IMG/VR virus record: IMGVR_UViG_3300037225_001359
Span: 1 to 58,189 of that record
Origin: a virus
Lineage: Duplodnaviria; Caudoviricetes
Direction: 5' to 3' (one strand)
DNA length: 58,189 nt
Shown: piece after piece, positions 21,914-31,790 of the stretch
Layout of the letters: each line of letters opens with the position of its first letter
Position numbering within the stretch: the first letter of the stretch is position 1
Position numbers and translations under genes: made by a program
The notes under the pieces: generated by a model
Seen by the model: the letters and a program-made list of their open reading frames with translations, nothing else
Database searches by the model: none
Told to the model about the DNA's origin: nothing

Positions 21914-22504
21914 TTAAAAAACCTTTCCTGTGTCTATACCCGATGCAGCAGAAGTAGGATATGTAACTGCACCAGTAATAATTGTATTAACAATTGCAGC
22001 TGAAATTGATGTCGCTATTGCCGATCCAATTCCGTCTGCTAAATCTCCGCTTTTAGTTCCTGAAATTGAAGATGCAACCATGAAAAGTTTTATTGAACTT
22101 CCAACCGAAGCACCGACAATTCCTGAAATCGTTCCAATTCCTGCACCAATTCCGACAGGAACACTTGTTGAGGTTACTTGTCCTGAAAGAATATGTATTG
22201 CAAATGCATCTCCAATAGCAGAAGCCAAATCAGCCATTTTTGTACCAGAAATACTTTTTGCAATCAAATTTGCTATGATTAATGAAGTAACACTTACACC
22301 GACAATTCCAGATATTGTTCCTGTTCCGATTCCTGAGCCTGGACCAACTCCAGTTGCTGTTCCTGAATATGAATTACTTTTTAAAATTTCTGTTACTATA
22401 CCATTTCCAATTGCATTTGCAAGACTCAGCGCTTTTGTTCCAGTGAATCCCTTTGATGTAAAATTTGTGAATATTAAAGATCCAAGAATTGTTCCACTCA
22501 ACAT
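21914..22504 (-). CDS. Gly/Ala/Ile-rich protein with three internal repeats, spike-associated
   Basis: Repeats GTK...LA.(A/G)IG.(A/G)(I/F) three times and G.G.GTISGIVG twice. It is the first gene downstream of the spike once the IscB element is removed. Confidence 0.6.
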   Translation of the reverse strand: MLSGTILGSLIFTNFTSKGFTGTKALSLANAIGNGIVTEILKSNSYSGTATGVGPGSGIGTGTISGIVGVSVTSLIIANLIAKSISGTKMADLASAIGDAFAIHILSGQVTSTSVPVGIGAGIGTISGIVGASVGSSIKLFMVASSISGTKSGDLADGIGSAIATSISAAIVNTIITGAVTYPTSAASGIDTGKVF

Positions 22505-22593
22505 GATTGACTCGTTTCATGATCTTACGAAAAGGAAACCCACGGAGCGAGGCTTTGCGAGCGTCTTTAGCCGTGGGAGGAATTTCGCTCTAC

Positions 22594-23787
22594 TTAATAG
22601 ATTGATTGTGTATGAAAAACATTTTCTACTTTTTTAATACTAAAATCAAAATTTTTAATATTATTTGTACAAAGGATCCATTTTCCATAACAATGACAAC
22701 CCTTAACAATATATTTTTTATCTTTTATCCAAATTATATCTCCGGGTTGAATAGAATACCTCTGCCTTCTTATTGATGGTTTAAAGCCTTTTCTATTAAG
22801 TTGAAGAACTCTGTTATTTTTATGTTTTTGTTTTAAAATAATAGGTTGAACTTTAGTTTGACTATTTCCACCAGCGATAACAAAGGCATCATTGTAATGA
22901 GTCTTTTCTAATCTCAAATTATTTCTTTTAACGAATGTTTCATTACCATAAGTTAATTTGCAATCAGGAAATATTTTTCTAAATCTCCATCGAATTATAT
23001 TCATAAATGTTGTATCTTTATATTGTTTATTCTTTTTCAGCAAACTAAAAGATCGGTTTTTATGTAATTTTTTATGACAAGATTCGTGAAGTAATGCTAA
23101 ATTCTTTTCCCTATCAGTACCGCCTTTACTTTTTTGTATTATATGGTGAATGTGCGAAGAATTACCTTTACTAAACTCTTTATTGCACAATTGACATTTA
23201 CCTTGTTCTCTTGCTAACAAGAAACTTCTCATATTTTGATATTCAAACATTGAACCTTGTTGATATTGTATACCTGCAATATCTGGATTTTCTATCTTTT
23301 GAATATCAAAATTACCAACTTCAATTGTAATATTTTTGATTGGTAATAACTTTTTAAGTTTATTTATTAATGTAATATGAGTATCAAACTTTCTCTGTGC
23401 AGACGGTGGTAGCCAACCTTTCTCTATCTTTCTATTATTAAATCTTGGTTTACGATACCACAATTTATTTCTACGTCCTCTTCGGTACATTGCGCGTTCA
23501 GTGAGTCTGTCGGATGTTTTATTATCTAAAATCAATGTACCACTGTCAATTTCTTTTTTGTTTGTAATAACCGAAAATCCGATATTCTTAGAACCTGAAT
23601 CGATACCAAGTGAACATTCTTGGACTTGTTCTCCACTTGCGCGATTTAACTGAATAACAAAAAATGGATTAGTTTTTACGACATGGGCATCTCTCCTTTT
23701 TAGAAGTAATCTTGCTTTCCTTGCAGAGCAAGGCATCAACGAATTACCCCGTTGATTAAGTACATAAGCAATAACAGGAACTCTCAA
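22594..23787 (-). CDS. iscB: IscB RNA-guided endonuclease (RuvC + HNH)
   Basis: SLMPC (PLMP-like), GIDSG RuvC-I, RRGRR bridge helix, ITIEVG RuvC-II, CQLC...HIHH..KSKGGTD..NL..LH..CH HNH, HYNDA RuvC-III. Probable start TTG at 23787 with GGAGG 7 nt upstream. Confidence 0.93.
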   Translation of the reverse strand: MRVPVIAYVLNQRGNSLMPCSARKARLLLKRRDAHVVKTNPFFVIQLNRASGEQVQECSLGIDSGSKNIGFSVITNKKEIDSGTLILDNKTSDRLTERAMYRRGRRNKLWYRKPRFNNRKIEKGWLPPSAQRKFDTHITLINKLKKLLPIKNITIEVGNFDIQKIENPDIAGIQYQQGSMFEYQNMRSFLLAREQGKCQLCNKEFSKGNSSHIHHIIQKSKGGTDREKNLALLHESCHKKLHKNRSFSLLKKNKQYKDTTFMNIIRWRFRKIFPDCKLTYGNETFVKRNNLRLEKTHYNDAFVIAGGNSQTKVQPIILKQKHKNNRVLQLNRKGFKPSIRRQRYSIQPGDIIWIKDKKYIVKGCHCYGKWILCTNNIKNFDFSIKKVENVFHTQSIY

Positions 23788-23794
23788 GCCCTGT

Positions 23795-24037
23795 CCTCCC
23801 TTATGTTGGAGTAGATCCACATCGAGGTTGTTTAAAGTCAGTACTTTATCCTGTACACTAAGACTTTGGTCTTTGTTTAATACAGAATTTGTAGAGCTAC
23901 AGACTTGTGGAGTATCTGTAGGTACGTTCTTTAACTTTACTTTAAACTTCTGCATAAGATTTAACCTTTGCCCTCTAATCAACTCTTACGTTGAACCTCA
24001 CGATTCAAGCCTACTTCTTTAGAAGTAGGTAGTTGAC
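23795..24037 (-). ncRNA. omegaRNA scaffold of the IscB element (guide expected from flank ~24038-24057)
   Basis: About 240 nt between the GTCAAC left end and the iscB RBS, with paired segments (CCTACTTCT/AGAAGTAGG, CTACAGA/TCTGTAG). Standard omegaRNA position. Boundaries approximate. Confidence 0.75.
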
Positions 24038-24095
24038 TTCTAGATGTTCTACGAAGCCATTAGATTGATTTTAATTGTTTAGTAATGGATTACCA

Positions 24096-25925
24096 TTAAC
24101 TAGATGCTTTGACTGTCTGGCTACCAATAAGTGGAGCCCCAGTTACGTAATCAAGGTGTGTCAAGGTTGTTATCACACCACCTCGTACTGGTAATTGTCC
24201 GATATCAACAGACGGAGCGATCAATTCAATTTTTACTCCACTTCCGAGTTTAACTTTTAAGAGTCCATTGACCTCAACTTGCTGTGTTACTGAATTTATT
24301 TTAACATTTCCTAACAATGTTTTGATTTCCATCGAACCGGTCATTATTTCAAGAAAATCGACAACAGTCGTCGGAACAACAGGAATAGCATTTTTTGTGC
24401 CAGCAATCGTTACTGTTTGGCTTTCACCAATTGTCACTTGTTTATCTTTAATTATCGTTTCTTTATAAGATCCTCCATACACATTGCTCTTATCATTTAA
24501 ATAGTTTTCAATTTTCGTTCCTAACACTTCTTCAGTAATTTTTCCTGTAACTGTAATTTTATAATCACCTGAAACAGTGACAAAATAATTTCCATTAACA
24601 TTATATGCGACATTTCCTTGTGCACTAAAATCAATAGCATTTCCATTTTTATCAGGTGCTAAAATCCGTGTATAAATTCCACCCTGCGTTGTTGTTTCAA
24701 TGCTTCTTAAATTTGCTGCTTCAACACCGTATGTTTCTTTTGTGCTACCGAATGTATCAATAATAACTGAATGTCCAAGATTATCTTTTCCAACAAGCCA
24801 TTTTATTGCACCGTCAAAATTACTTTCCCAACTTCTGCCATTTCCCAGGGGATGTTGCGCAGTTGAAGCAGCAAAATTAGTGAAAAAATGACCTTGTTTA
24901 TCAATATCAATTTTTGTGCCTGAACGAAATTTTAATTGAAATGCTGAAGCCAAAGTATCATATTCTTCAGGTAAACATCCAAGATCGTCAACAGTTGGTG
25001 TAGTATCATTTTGAGTTCCAAAAACTTGTGGTCTTAAAATTTTTGCATATCTATTTATGTTTGTCGCATCATTTCCGACGTTTGTTCCAATAATAAACGT
25101 TACATCAGGCGATAAATTTGTAATATCCATTCCCGCATTGACTTCATTGACATTTAAAATACCATCACCCTTATGATACGCTTCAATTCGATATTCTGTA
25201 TATGGTTTTCCTCCTAAATGAAATGGATTTTGAGAATCAGTTGCTATATAAACTTTTTGACCATCAGGAAGAACAGTCGGAGAAATGAATTCATTGCCCT
25301 GCAACGGTTGTCTTGTGATCATTCCGTTCCAAGTTCGAGCCGCTTCTGATGAACTATATTGTTGAAGAGAAGACATCCGAATCGATTGGTCATTTGAATT
25401 TATTTCTATCTCTGAAAGCTTGCTATCAGAGATTAAAACATTATCATCAAGATAAACCTCAGCTCCATTCGATGATTCAATATCAATTTCACCCGGATAA
25501 ACTTTTCTAGCTTTCTGACGAACAATGTTGAAACCAATTTTGTCCTGAATTGTTGAAATATCTTGAAGATTTGAACTAGCTTTTGCACGTGTTAATTGAT
25601 AGTTATGCTTTTCAATATAAGCTCCATCAAAATACGCTAAAATTACCGGTTCATCCAGTGTTGCTGTTTGTCTTCTCCATCCACAAATAACTAAGTTTCC
25701 CTCTTCTGGCATCGTTTTAATATGTCCTCTTTGTCCCGAAAAAGCTGAAGTAAGATTAATTTTAGAATAAGTTCCTACATTATCAACCCATTCAAGGTCT
25801 ATCGTTCCTTTTTCATAATCAGAATAAATTACACGCCCAATTCTAATACGAGCATATGACTCATATCGACCATAATATGGTTTTTCTTTTAATCCTATTT
25901 TTCTTGCTATAGGAATTTTTGTCAT
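24096..25925 (-). CDS. Baseplate central spike (gp5/gpV/VgrG-like)
   Basis: N-terminal OB-fold-type motif (IGRV...D...G.I ... MPEEG..V..G). C-terminal beta-helix repeats (VNGNY..TVSGDY..TVTG). Ends with His-containing THLDYVTGAP. Confidence 0.75.
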   Translation of the reverse strand: MTKIPIARKIGLKEKPYYGRYESYARIRIGRVIYSDYEKGTIDLEWVDNVGTYSKINLTSAFSGQRGHIKTMPEEGNLVICGWRRQTATLDEPVILAYFDGAYIEKHNYQLTRAKASSNLQDISTIQDKIGFNIVRQKARKVYPGEIDIESSNGAEVYLDDNVLISDSKLSEIEINSNDQSIRMSSLQQYSSSEAARTWNGMITRQPLQGNEFISPTVLPDGQKVYIATDSQNPFHLGGKPYTEYRIEAYHKGDGILNVNEVNAGMDITNLSPDVTFIIGTNVGNDATNINRYAKILRPQVFGTQNDTTPTVDDLGCLPEEYDTLASAFQLKFRSGTKIDIDKQGHFFTNFAASTAQHPLGNGRSWESNFDGAIKWLVGKDNLGHSVIIDTFGSTKETYGVEAANLRSIETTTQGGIYTRILAPDKNGNAIDFSAQGNVAYNVNGNYFVTVSGDYKITVTGKITEEVLGTKIENYLNDKSNVYGGSYKETIIKDKQVTIGESQTVTIAGTKNAIPVVPTTVVDFLEIMTGSMEIKTLLGNVKINSVTQQVEVNGLLKVKLGSGVKIELIAPSVDIGQLPVRGGVITTLTHLDYVTGAPLIGSQTVKASS

Positions 25926-27964
25926 TGCTGACCCACATTCTGAAGTGCTGATGCTATATCATTAATGTTATATTTTGCATCTTGCTGTAGCATTGATGTT
26001 TCAGTATTATCTAGAATAATTGCATTCATATTTTTGGGATTGATTTGTAAAGATAATAAGTTTTGAGCAGCTTTTAGTTTTATCTCAGTCTTAGACAAAT
26101 TACTTGTATCTTCTACGACTGCAGTTGGACCAATTTGCAAACCCAAACCGTATGGTTTTTCTGATGACGTTATTGCACCGATGATTTCATACCCCTCAGT
26201 ATCTGTAACTTGATATTCTTTTAAGGGATTAAAAGAACCTTGTTTTAATTTCGTTCCAGATTTTAATTCATACGGTCCTTGTTCCATAGCTGATACATTT
26301 TTACATTGATTGACATAATCAGGTTTTGTAACAGTTGGCAAGACATTAAAATTACATTGATTATAAAGTTGTTTGACGAAATTATCATTTTCAATCGGTT
26401 CAGCAATTGATGTTCCAACTACATTAGCTGTCGAATCAGTTAATTGTCCTATACTTCTATAAAATCCATCGCTTATTATATTTCCCTGTGAATCTTTTAA
26501 TTTTCTTCTTTCTGATACTAATGACAATGATGTTGTAAAACTACCGCCGAAAGTAAAGTCATGACTTATTCCTCTGATATAATAAAAAGCATCTCTAGAC
26601 GGAATGTAAATTGGATAACCCAATCTCAATTCGGGTCTTCCTAATATTACAACACTTCCTTCTCTTGCTAATGCATTTATTCTACTAAGTTCCGATTGTG
26701 CATATATTAATGCATTTTCAGGAGTATTAATCCATGCTACTGTTCTTTCTTCAACTCTTATCCCATATTTTCCGATTAAATCAAATGCTAATGCCACGCC
26801 CTTTATCACAAGCTGAGCATTCTGACTCGTTTGAGATTGTATAAATTCTCCCGTAACATCCATTCTAGTTTTGATTTCAGCATCGTTCTGATTAAATCCC
26901 CAACTAATTATATCTACATCCTCAATTACATTCGTTTTACATGACCGTACGTCCATGTTATAGAAAGGAGGTTTAAAAATTATTTCTCCCGTTGTATCCA
27001 TGAAAAATTCAAAATTTACTTTGTTCTTTACTTCATTCGCAATTTCAAGTTTAGTTTTCATGACACTTTTGTAAAGATCTGGTGCCGTATTATCATAAGC
27101 AAATCCAATCACATCTTTTAATCCACTTAGATTGAATCCCGTCGCATTTGTTGTTTGAAGATCAAGTGAAAAAATTCTCAAACTTCTACCGATTTGTCCG
27201 AATCTTTTATACCAATACAAAATGATATCACGTTCAAGATTTGTAACATCAGTTTGTTCAATTTGATCGGGTTTAGAAATTTTGCTGCCAACTTTTGGAG
27301 TTAAAGCATCATAAACGGGCATAAAATCTCTAGTTGATATCTGAGACAAACGAATAAGAATATATGGAATGTTTTGATTAGAAAAAAAATCGTAGGGAAG
27401 AAGTTCAATCGCCTCGGTATTCAAATCACCCGAAATTTCACCATTCATAAAGCTTTCTTGAGCTCTAATGTGATTATCATCTAAGATTTCACCCGATTGT
27501 TCAGCACCTACAACTGCAGTACTTGTGATAAAGTTTGTTAATTCCCACCAACGTAAAATATCTACACAAGAAACCTGTATTGTATGTATACCGTCAGAAT
27601 AGTTTTCAATTACGCTCGTTATCATTCCCCAAAACGTATGATAATAGGGATACACTAACGTCCCGTCATCATTCTCGACAGGAAATCTGCCCTTCATGTA
27701 TATTTCTATTTCAGACATCACAATTAACGAATCATACCTTGTTTCATTCAATCTTCTGATCGAATGATCCGGCATCGATATTGTGAATGACGCAGAACCA
27801 GGAACTGATTCAGTATTCAATTCAGAGCTCAAATCTGAAATATCATTTCTAATTTCATATTTATTTCCATTATCATCTGTTACTGTTTCACTTCCATTAA
27901 TGAAAACAATCGCATCAGGTGCCAATTGAATGACTGGAACTTGTTTATAAATAATTGCTGCCAT
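25922..27964 (-). CDS. Baseplate hub protein (gp27/gpD-like)
   Basis: GSASFTI, IEIYMKGRF, FWGMI..V, FEFFMDTTG.I.FKPP.YN, KYGIR, G.V.I.GRPELRLGYPIY, YI..ISH.F..GG.FTT.L.L motifs. Confidence 0.8.
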   Translation of the reverse strand: MAAIIYKQVPVIQLAPDAIVFINGSETVTDDNGNKYEIRNDISDLSSELNTESVPGSASFTISMPDHSIRRLNETRYDSLIVMSEIEIYMKGRFPVENDDGTLVYPYYHTFWGMITSVIENYSDGIHTIQVSCVDILRWWELTNFITSTAVVGAEQSGEILDDNHIRAQESFMNGEISGDLNTEAIELLPYDFFSNQNIPYILIRLSQISTRDFMPVYDALTPKVGSKISKPDQIEQTDVTNLERDIILYWYKRFGQIGRSLRIFSLDLQTTNATGFNLSGLKDVIGFAYDNTAPDLYKSVMKTKLEIANEVKNKVNFEFFMDTTGEIIFKPPFYNMDVRSCKTNVIEDVDIISWGFNQNDAEIKTRMDVTGEFIQSQTSQNAQLVIKGVALAFDLIGKYGIRVEERTVAWINTPENALIYAQSELSRINALAREGSVVILGRPELRLGYPIYIPSRDAFYYIRGISHDFTFGGSFTTSLSLVSERRKLKDSQGNIISDGFYRSIGQLTDSTANVVGTSIAEPIENDNFVKQLYNQCNFNVLPTVTKPDYVNQCKNVSAMEQGPYELKSGTKLKQGSFNPLKEYQVTDTEGYEIIGAITSSEKPYGLGLQIGPTAVVEDTSNLSKTEIKLKAAQNLLSLQINPKNMNAIILDNTETSMLQQDAKYNINDIASALQNVGQQ

Positions 27965-27966
27965 AG

Positions 27967-28554
27967 TTAAAGTTTTGAAGTGAAAAGATTATCAGAAAAG
28001 ATACTTGGAATTCCGATATTAGTTGTTAACGAACTTCTTGTTTCATATACCTTAAATTCAAAATTAAAATTTACACTGAATTGCTGGTCTTGGCTTTCTG
28101 TAACATTAAATGAATTAAATGAACCGATATAAACTTTTGAATCGTAATAAATTGATACAGACCCTACGGATGTAATTACTCCAGTGCTTTTTCGATTAGG
28201 ATTTTTATTGAAATTTTTGCCGTTATTTCTATAGATAGCTACTAATTTTTCAATATTGTCCCATGCAATTGATTCTTGTCTATTTTCTGATGTCAATCCA
28301 CCATCATTATAAAATTGAGCTGATCTTCCATCTGCTGTTAATACATCTAAATCATCATGATGTGCTTGCAAAATATAGCCACTGTCTCGTCTATCGATCC
28401 ACCTTCTTCTACTTTCGCTAACTTTAGGAGTCAATCTAATTTCAAGGCTGTTGGGATTTAAAAGTAACACAAACGGAGGAGGCGGCAAATCAATTGCTAA
28501 TTCAAATACCATCGGTTTTAATGCCGGTTTTACTCCAGTTATTGTTGAATTCAT
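27967..28554 (-). CDS. Tail tube initiator-like protein (gp48/gp54 / CIS tube-like)
   Basis: LLNPNSL...Y.GSF.SF.V.E..DQ.F...F.F.FKV. Paralogue of the adjacent gene. Between tape measure and hub. Confidence 0.65.
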   Translation of the reverse strand: MNSTITGVKPALKPMVFELAIDLPPPPFVLLLNPNSLEIRLTPKVSESRRRWIDRRDSGYILQAHHDDLDVLTADGRSAQFYNDGGLTSENRQESIAWDNIEKLVAIYRNNGKNFNKNPNRKSTGVITSVGSVSIYYDSKVYIGSFNSFNVTESQDQQFSVNFNFEFKVYETRSSLTTNIGIPSIFSDNLFTSKL

Positions 28555-29099
28555 TTAACAATGTCCAAAGTGTAGTTTTGAGCTTGTATTACTAAGTTTC
28601 CCAATAATCTTGTAACTTTAAAAGTAAAATCATATTCTAGATAAAATTGTTTATCAGCATTCTCTTTTACTGTAAAACCATCAAAATATCCTTGATATTC
28701 TTTGTTCATATATGACATAGCTATTGTACCGAATACTGTAATCGTATTTGGATTGTGAACTTTTTTCGTGTCATAACCTTTTCCATTACTTCTGTAAATG
28801 TCTAACATTCTAGAAAAGTTTTCATAACCAGCAGATGATTTAGCATCTAATCTTGTCAATCCACCCGAACTGTAAAACATTGCTGTTCTACCACTTGACG
28901 AAATTGATGATAATTGCTCTCCCCAATGCTCTTCTGCAAAACCACCCAATGTTCTTGTTTCATTTATGATTTGATTATATGCAATGTCTAAATTTTCAGG
29001 ATTAATCAACATCACCATTTCAGGAGGAGGATTAGGAATTCCGTCAATTCTCCATATTATTGCACGTTTATTTGTTTTTGCACCAGTTATTGTTGCCAT
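28551..29099 (-). CDS. Tail tube initiator-like protein (paralogue)
   Basis: MLINPENL...RTLGGF.EEHWGEQL...Y.GYF..F.VKE.ADK.F..EYDFTFKV. Confidence 0.65.
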   Translation of the reverse strand: MATITGAKTNKRAIIWRIDGIPNPPPEMVMLINPENLDIAYNQIINETRTLGGFAEEHWGEQLSSISSSGRTAMFYSSGGLTRLDAKSSAGYENFSRMLDIYRSNGKGYDTKKVHNPNTITVFGTIAMSYMNKEYQGYFDGFTVKENADKQFYLEYDFTFKVTRLLGNLVIQAQNYTLDIVK

Positions 29100-29104
29100 G
29101 ATAT

Positions 29105-31300
29105 TTACTTATGTGACAAACCATCTTTTACAGATTGCGCGAGCTGATATCCTGCTGCTCTTACAGTAGCATCTGAAACATTTCCAGTAAAATTTATTGT
29201 TACTCCGCCCATATCGACTTTTGGCGGTTGATTATATGTCGATGTCACTTCGGGAGAGTAAATAGGTACTTGCGACTCTGCGACCTTTAATGGAGCTTTT
29301 AAGCCCGGCATTCCAACAATTTCTTCACCCGGAGCAGTCGGCTTACCTGGCTCAACTTTTTTAGAACCCCAAAAATCAAAGAAATTACTGATTACACCCG
29401 CGAATGTATTTACAGCTGTTTCAAATTTGCCAATAGCAGTTCCTAATGGTCCTAATTTATTCGCAAGTTCATTTCCAAGAATTTCCATTTCACTCTTTTG
29501 TCCACTTATAATGTCTTTAGCTCGCTGTTTATCAGATGGAAAACCTTTCCCGAGAGTACCCTTTTCTATTGTTGTCATTTTATCAATAACTGCATCTAAC
29601 GTCGCTCCCTGATTTTCTTTGAGTAAATTTGTTAATGCAGTAGAATATTCTTTATCTTTTCCCGCAACTAGCTCAATCATTTCTCTTATTTTTGCTGTAC
29701 CAATATCACTTACTCTTTTAGATAAATTTTGTTTACCCAATGATTGAACCATCAGAGCTTTAGTCGATTCACGTGCTTTTACATCTGACGAAGCACCTCT
29801 GAGCATTATCGCTCTTTGATACGCATCTTTCGCTTTCATGAAATCTGGCATCATTTTCCTAGCTTCTTTGGTTGTAATACCGAATGTTTTTCCTAGCTCC
29901 TCAGCAGCATCATTCCAACTCTTTGTTCCTTCTGTTACATTCGCATATTTGTCTTGAATATCTTTTAGCGTTTTATCCATTCCAGATAAGCTTGTCGTCA
30001 ATGTCTGAGCACCAAGATCCATATCATCAAATCCACGCATTAATTGTTTTGCAAACTCAGCAGCTTGGTCAGCTGACATCGTCGTACTTAATTTTTTTCT
30101 TAAACTTTCCCACAAAGTAATTGATTTTGTTGTGTTTGAATTGAATATTGATAAACCTGATGCAGCATTGATTGCTTTACTATACCATTTTGTTAAACCA
30201 AGTCCTGATTTTGTAGCCATTTCGTAAACATTACCCAAATCTTTGTAAGATTGTTGAAATGATGCAGACATTTCATCCCATCCCTGAACGATCAAACCAG
30301 CAAACTCACCAACAGACTTCCCCAAATTTGCTGCAGTAATTCCAAATTGAGCTACTTGTTCTGAACTCATCTTTGCACCATATCCGGCACTAATTATCTC
30401 TTTATTCCAATCTGTCAATTCTGATAATGTCATACCAAATCCAGACAACGTAGTATTGAGAGTTTTATTAAATGCATCAACATCAGTCGTTAAATCTTTT
30501 GCTGAAACACCGGCTTCTGCATATGCAGAGGCTAACTCACTAGCAGCTTTTCTTGCTTTATCTGCAGCTTCTCCTAATGATGACAAAATTTTCATTATAC
30601 TGACAATTGCAAGCAATGGAAGGAATGCCTCCTGTATTGCCTTACCTACTGCATCAATTCCACCCTTCAGAACTCTCATTCCACGACCCAACACCGTCGT
30701 TTCTTGTGCTAGTAATGCAAAATTTTCTCTTTGCAGTTTTATTTGAGCTGCGATTCTTTGAGAAAAAGTCAAATCTTTCTTTTCATTTTTAATTTTCGCG
30801 ATAGTTGCTTTGTTAATGTCTCGTTGTGCTTTCAATTCTGCATTATATAATTTTCCAGTTTTCATTTTTATCGCACGAATTTTGTCATCAACTTGAAACT
30901 GTGCTCTGAGTCCACTACTTGATTGTTTTATTATTTTATTTGCAATTTCAAGCTGTTTATTATATAGTTCAGATTTTTTCTTTAAAGTTCCTGTACCTTT
31001 TGTTATTTTCGAAATTTCACCAGAAACTTTGTCAAGCTCTCCAGAAACTCCTGCAAATTGTTTGGGATCCAAATTTTTAAAAACATCTTTAACTTTCGTA
31101 AAATCTCTTAATTTATCAGATAACCGAGTCACATATTTCGTTAATTGTGCATGTGTTTTGATCGCGCCTTTTCCGCCATCTTGCATGACTTTAAAAACGT
31201 CGCTCCATTTGTCAAGTATTTTTTCAGTACTAGCATTAAAGTCGTCTAGATTAGCCTTGACTTCTATTTCTTCAGTCGTTACATTTTTTTTGTTGGCCAT
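29105..31300 (-). CDS. Tape measure protein
   Basis: Long helical Ala/Lys/Gly-rich protein with a hydrophobic segment (AFLPLLAIVSIMKIL). Sits between chaperone-like genes and tube initiators. Confidence 0.75.
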   Translation of the reverse strand: MANKKNVTTEEIEVKANLDDFNASTEKILDKWSDVFKVMQDGGKGAIKTHAQLTKYVTRLSDKLRDFTKVKDVFKNLDPKQFAGVSGELDKVSGEISKITKGTGTLKKKSELYNKQLEIANKIIKQSSSGLRAQFQVDDKIRAIKMKTGKLYNAELKAQRDINKATIAKIKNEKKDLTFSQRIAAQIKLQRENFALLAQETTVLGRGMRVLKGGIDAVGKAIQEAFLPLLAIVSIMKILSSLGEAADKARKAASELASAYAEAGVSAKDLTTDVDAFNKTLNTTLSGFGMTLSELTDWNKEIISAGYGAKMSSEQVAQFGITAANLGKSVGEFAGLIVQGWDEMSASFQQSYKDLGNVYEMATKSGLGLTKWYSKAINAASGLSIFNSNTTKSITLWESLRKKLSTTMSADQAAEFAKQLMRGFDDMDLGAQTLTTSLSGMDKTLKDIQDKYANVTEGTKSWNDAAEELGKTFGITTKEARKMMPDFMKAKDAYQRAIMLRGASSDVKARESTKALMVQSLGKQNLSKRVSDIGTAKIREMIELVAGKDKEYSTALTNLLKENQGATLDAVIDKMTTIEKGTLGKGFPSDKQRAKDIISGQKSEMEILGNELANKLGPLGTAIGKFETAVNTFAGVISNFFDFWGSKKVEPGKPTAPGEEIVGMPGLKAPLKVAESQVPIYSPEVTSTYNQPPKVDMGGVTINFTGNVSDATVRAAGYQLAQSVKDGLSHK

Positions 31301-31305
31301 TTAAC

Positions 31306-31788
31306 TCATTCCTTTTGCTCCACGGGCTTTTGTTCTTCATCTTTTTCCGGTACTTTCGGTTCTTCTTTAAGTTCTTCTTTTTTAATAATTCCCAATTTTA
31401 TTAAATCTTCTTTTATCTCATCGCACAACTTTGTATATTCACTATAAACATAGTTTCTCAGATCGTCATTCCATTTTGACAAAATTTCAGCAACTTTATC
31501 ATAAGTTTCTTTTTTCACTCTTTCTCTTTCTTCCTTGTCATCAATTTTTTCATATGACCGTAATGATTTTCCGTTTATCTTGATAATTGAAAAAGTCAAC
31601 GTATCTTTTTTTACACCTTCAAAATATTCTATGCCGTCTGATTTTTCATTTCTATTGTGAATTTCGGATTCAACTAATCCCGATAATGGTATCAACGTTA
31701 AAACGAAATCATTTGTCACGGACACATCTTTTTCTTTGTATCCGATTTTAACAATTTCTTCTAGCATTTCCAAAGGATTGTCTGTCAT
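31306..31788 (-). CDS. Tail assembly chaperone-like protein
   Basis: Acidic protein directly upstream of the tape measure gene. L..SI.KING motif. Confidence 0.6.
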   Translation of the reverse strand: MTDNPLEMLEEIVKIGYKEKDVSVTNDFVLTLIPLSGLVESEIHNRNEKSDGIEYFEGVKKDTLTFSIIKINGKSLRSYEKIDDKEERERVKKETYDKVAEILSKWNDDLRNYVYSEYTKLCDEIKEDLIKLGIIKKEELKEEPKVPEKDEEQKPVEQKE

Positions 31789-31790
31789 GT

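Larger units (their letters stand above)
22521..24037 (-). mobile_element. IS200/IS605-superfamily IscB (OMEGA) element, non-autonomous (no tnpA)
   Basis: Left end GTCAACTACCTACTTCTAAAGAAGTAGGCTTG (hairpin). Right end AATTCCTCCCACGG...CCGTGGGTTTCC hairpin, followed by ATGAAA (22515-22520, minus strand). Encloses omegaRNA region and iscB. Confidence 0.85.

Noticed and set aside
21930-22637. 235-aa plus-strand ORF and the other short plus-strand ORFs
   Set aside because: Antisense shadows of minus-strand genes with biased codons. No RBS or recognisable motifs; this one also crosses the IS boundary.
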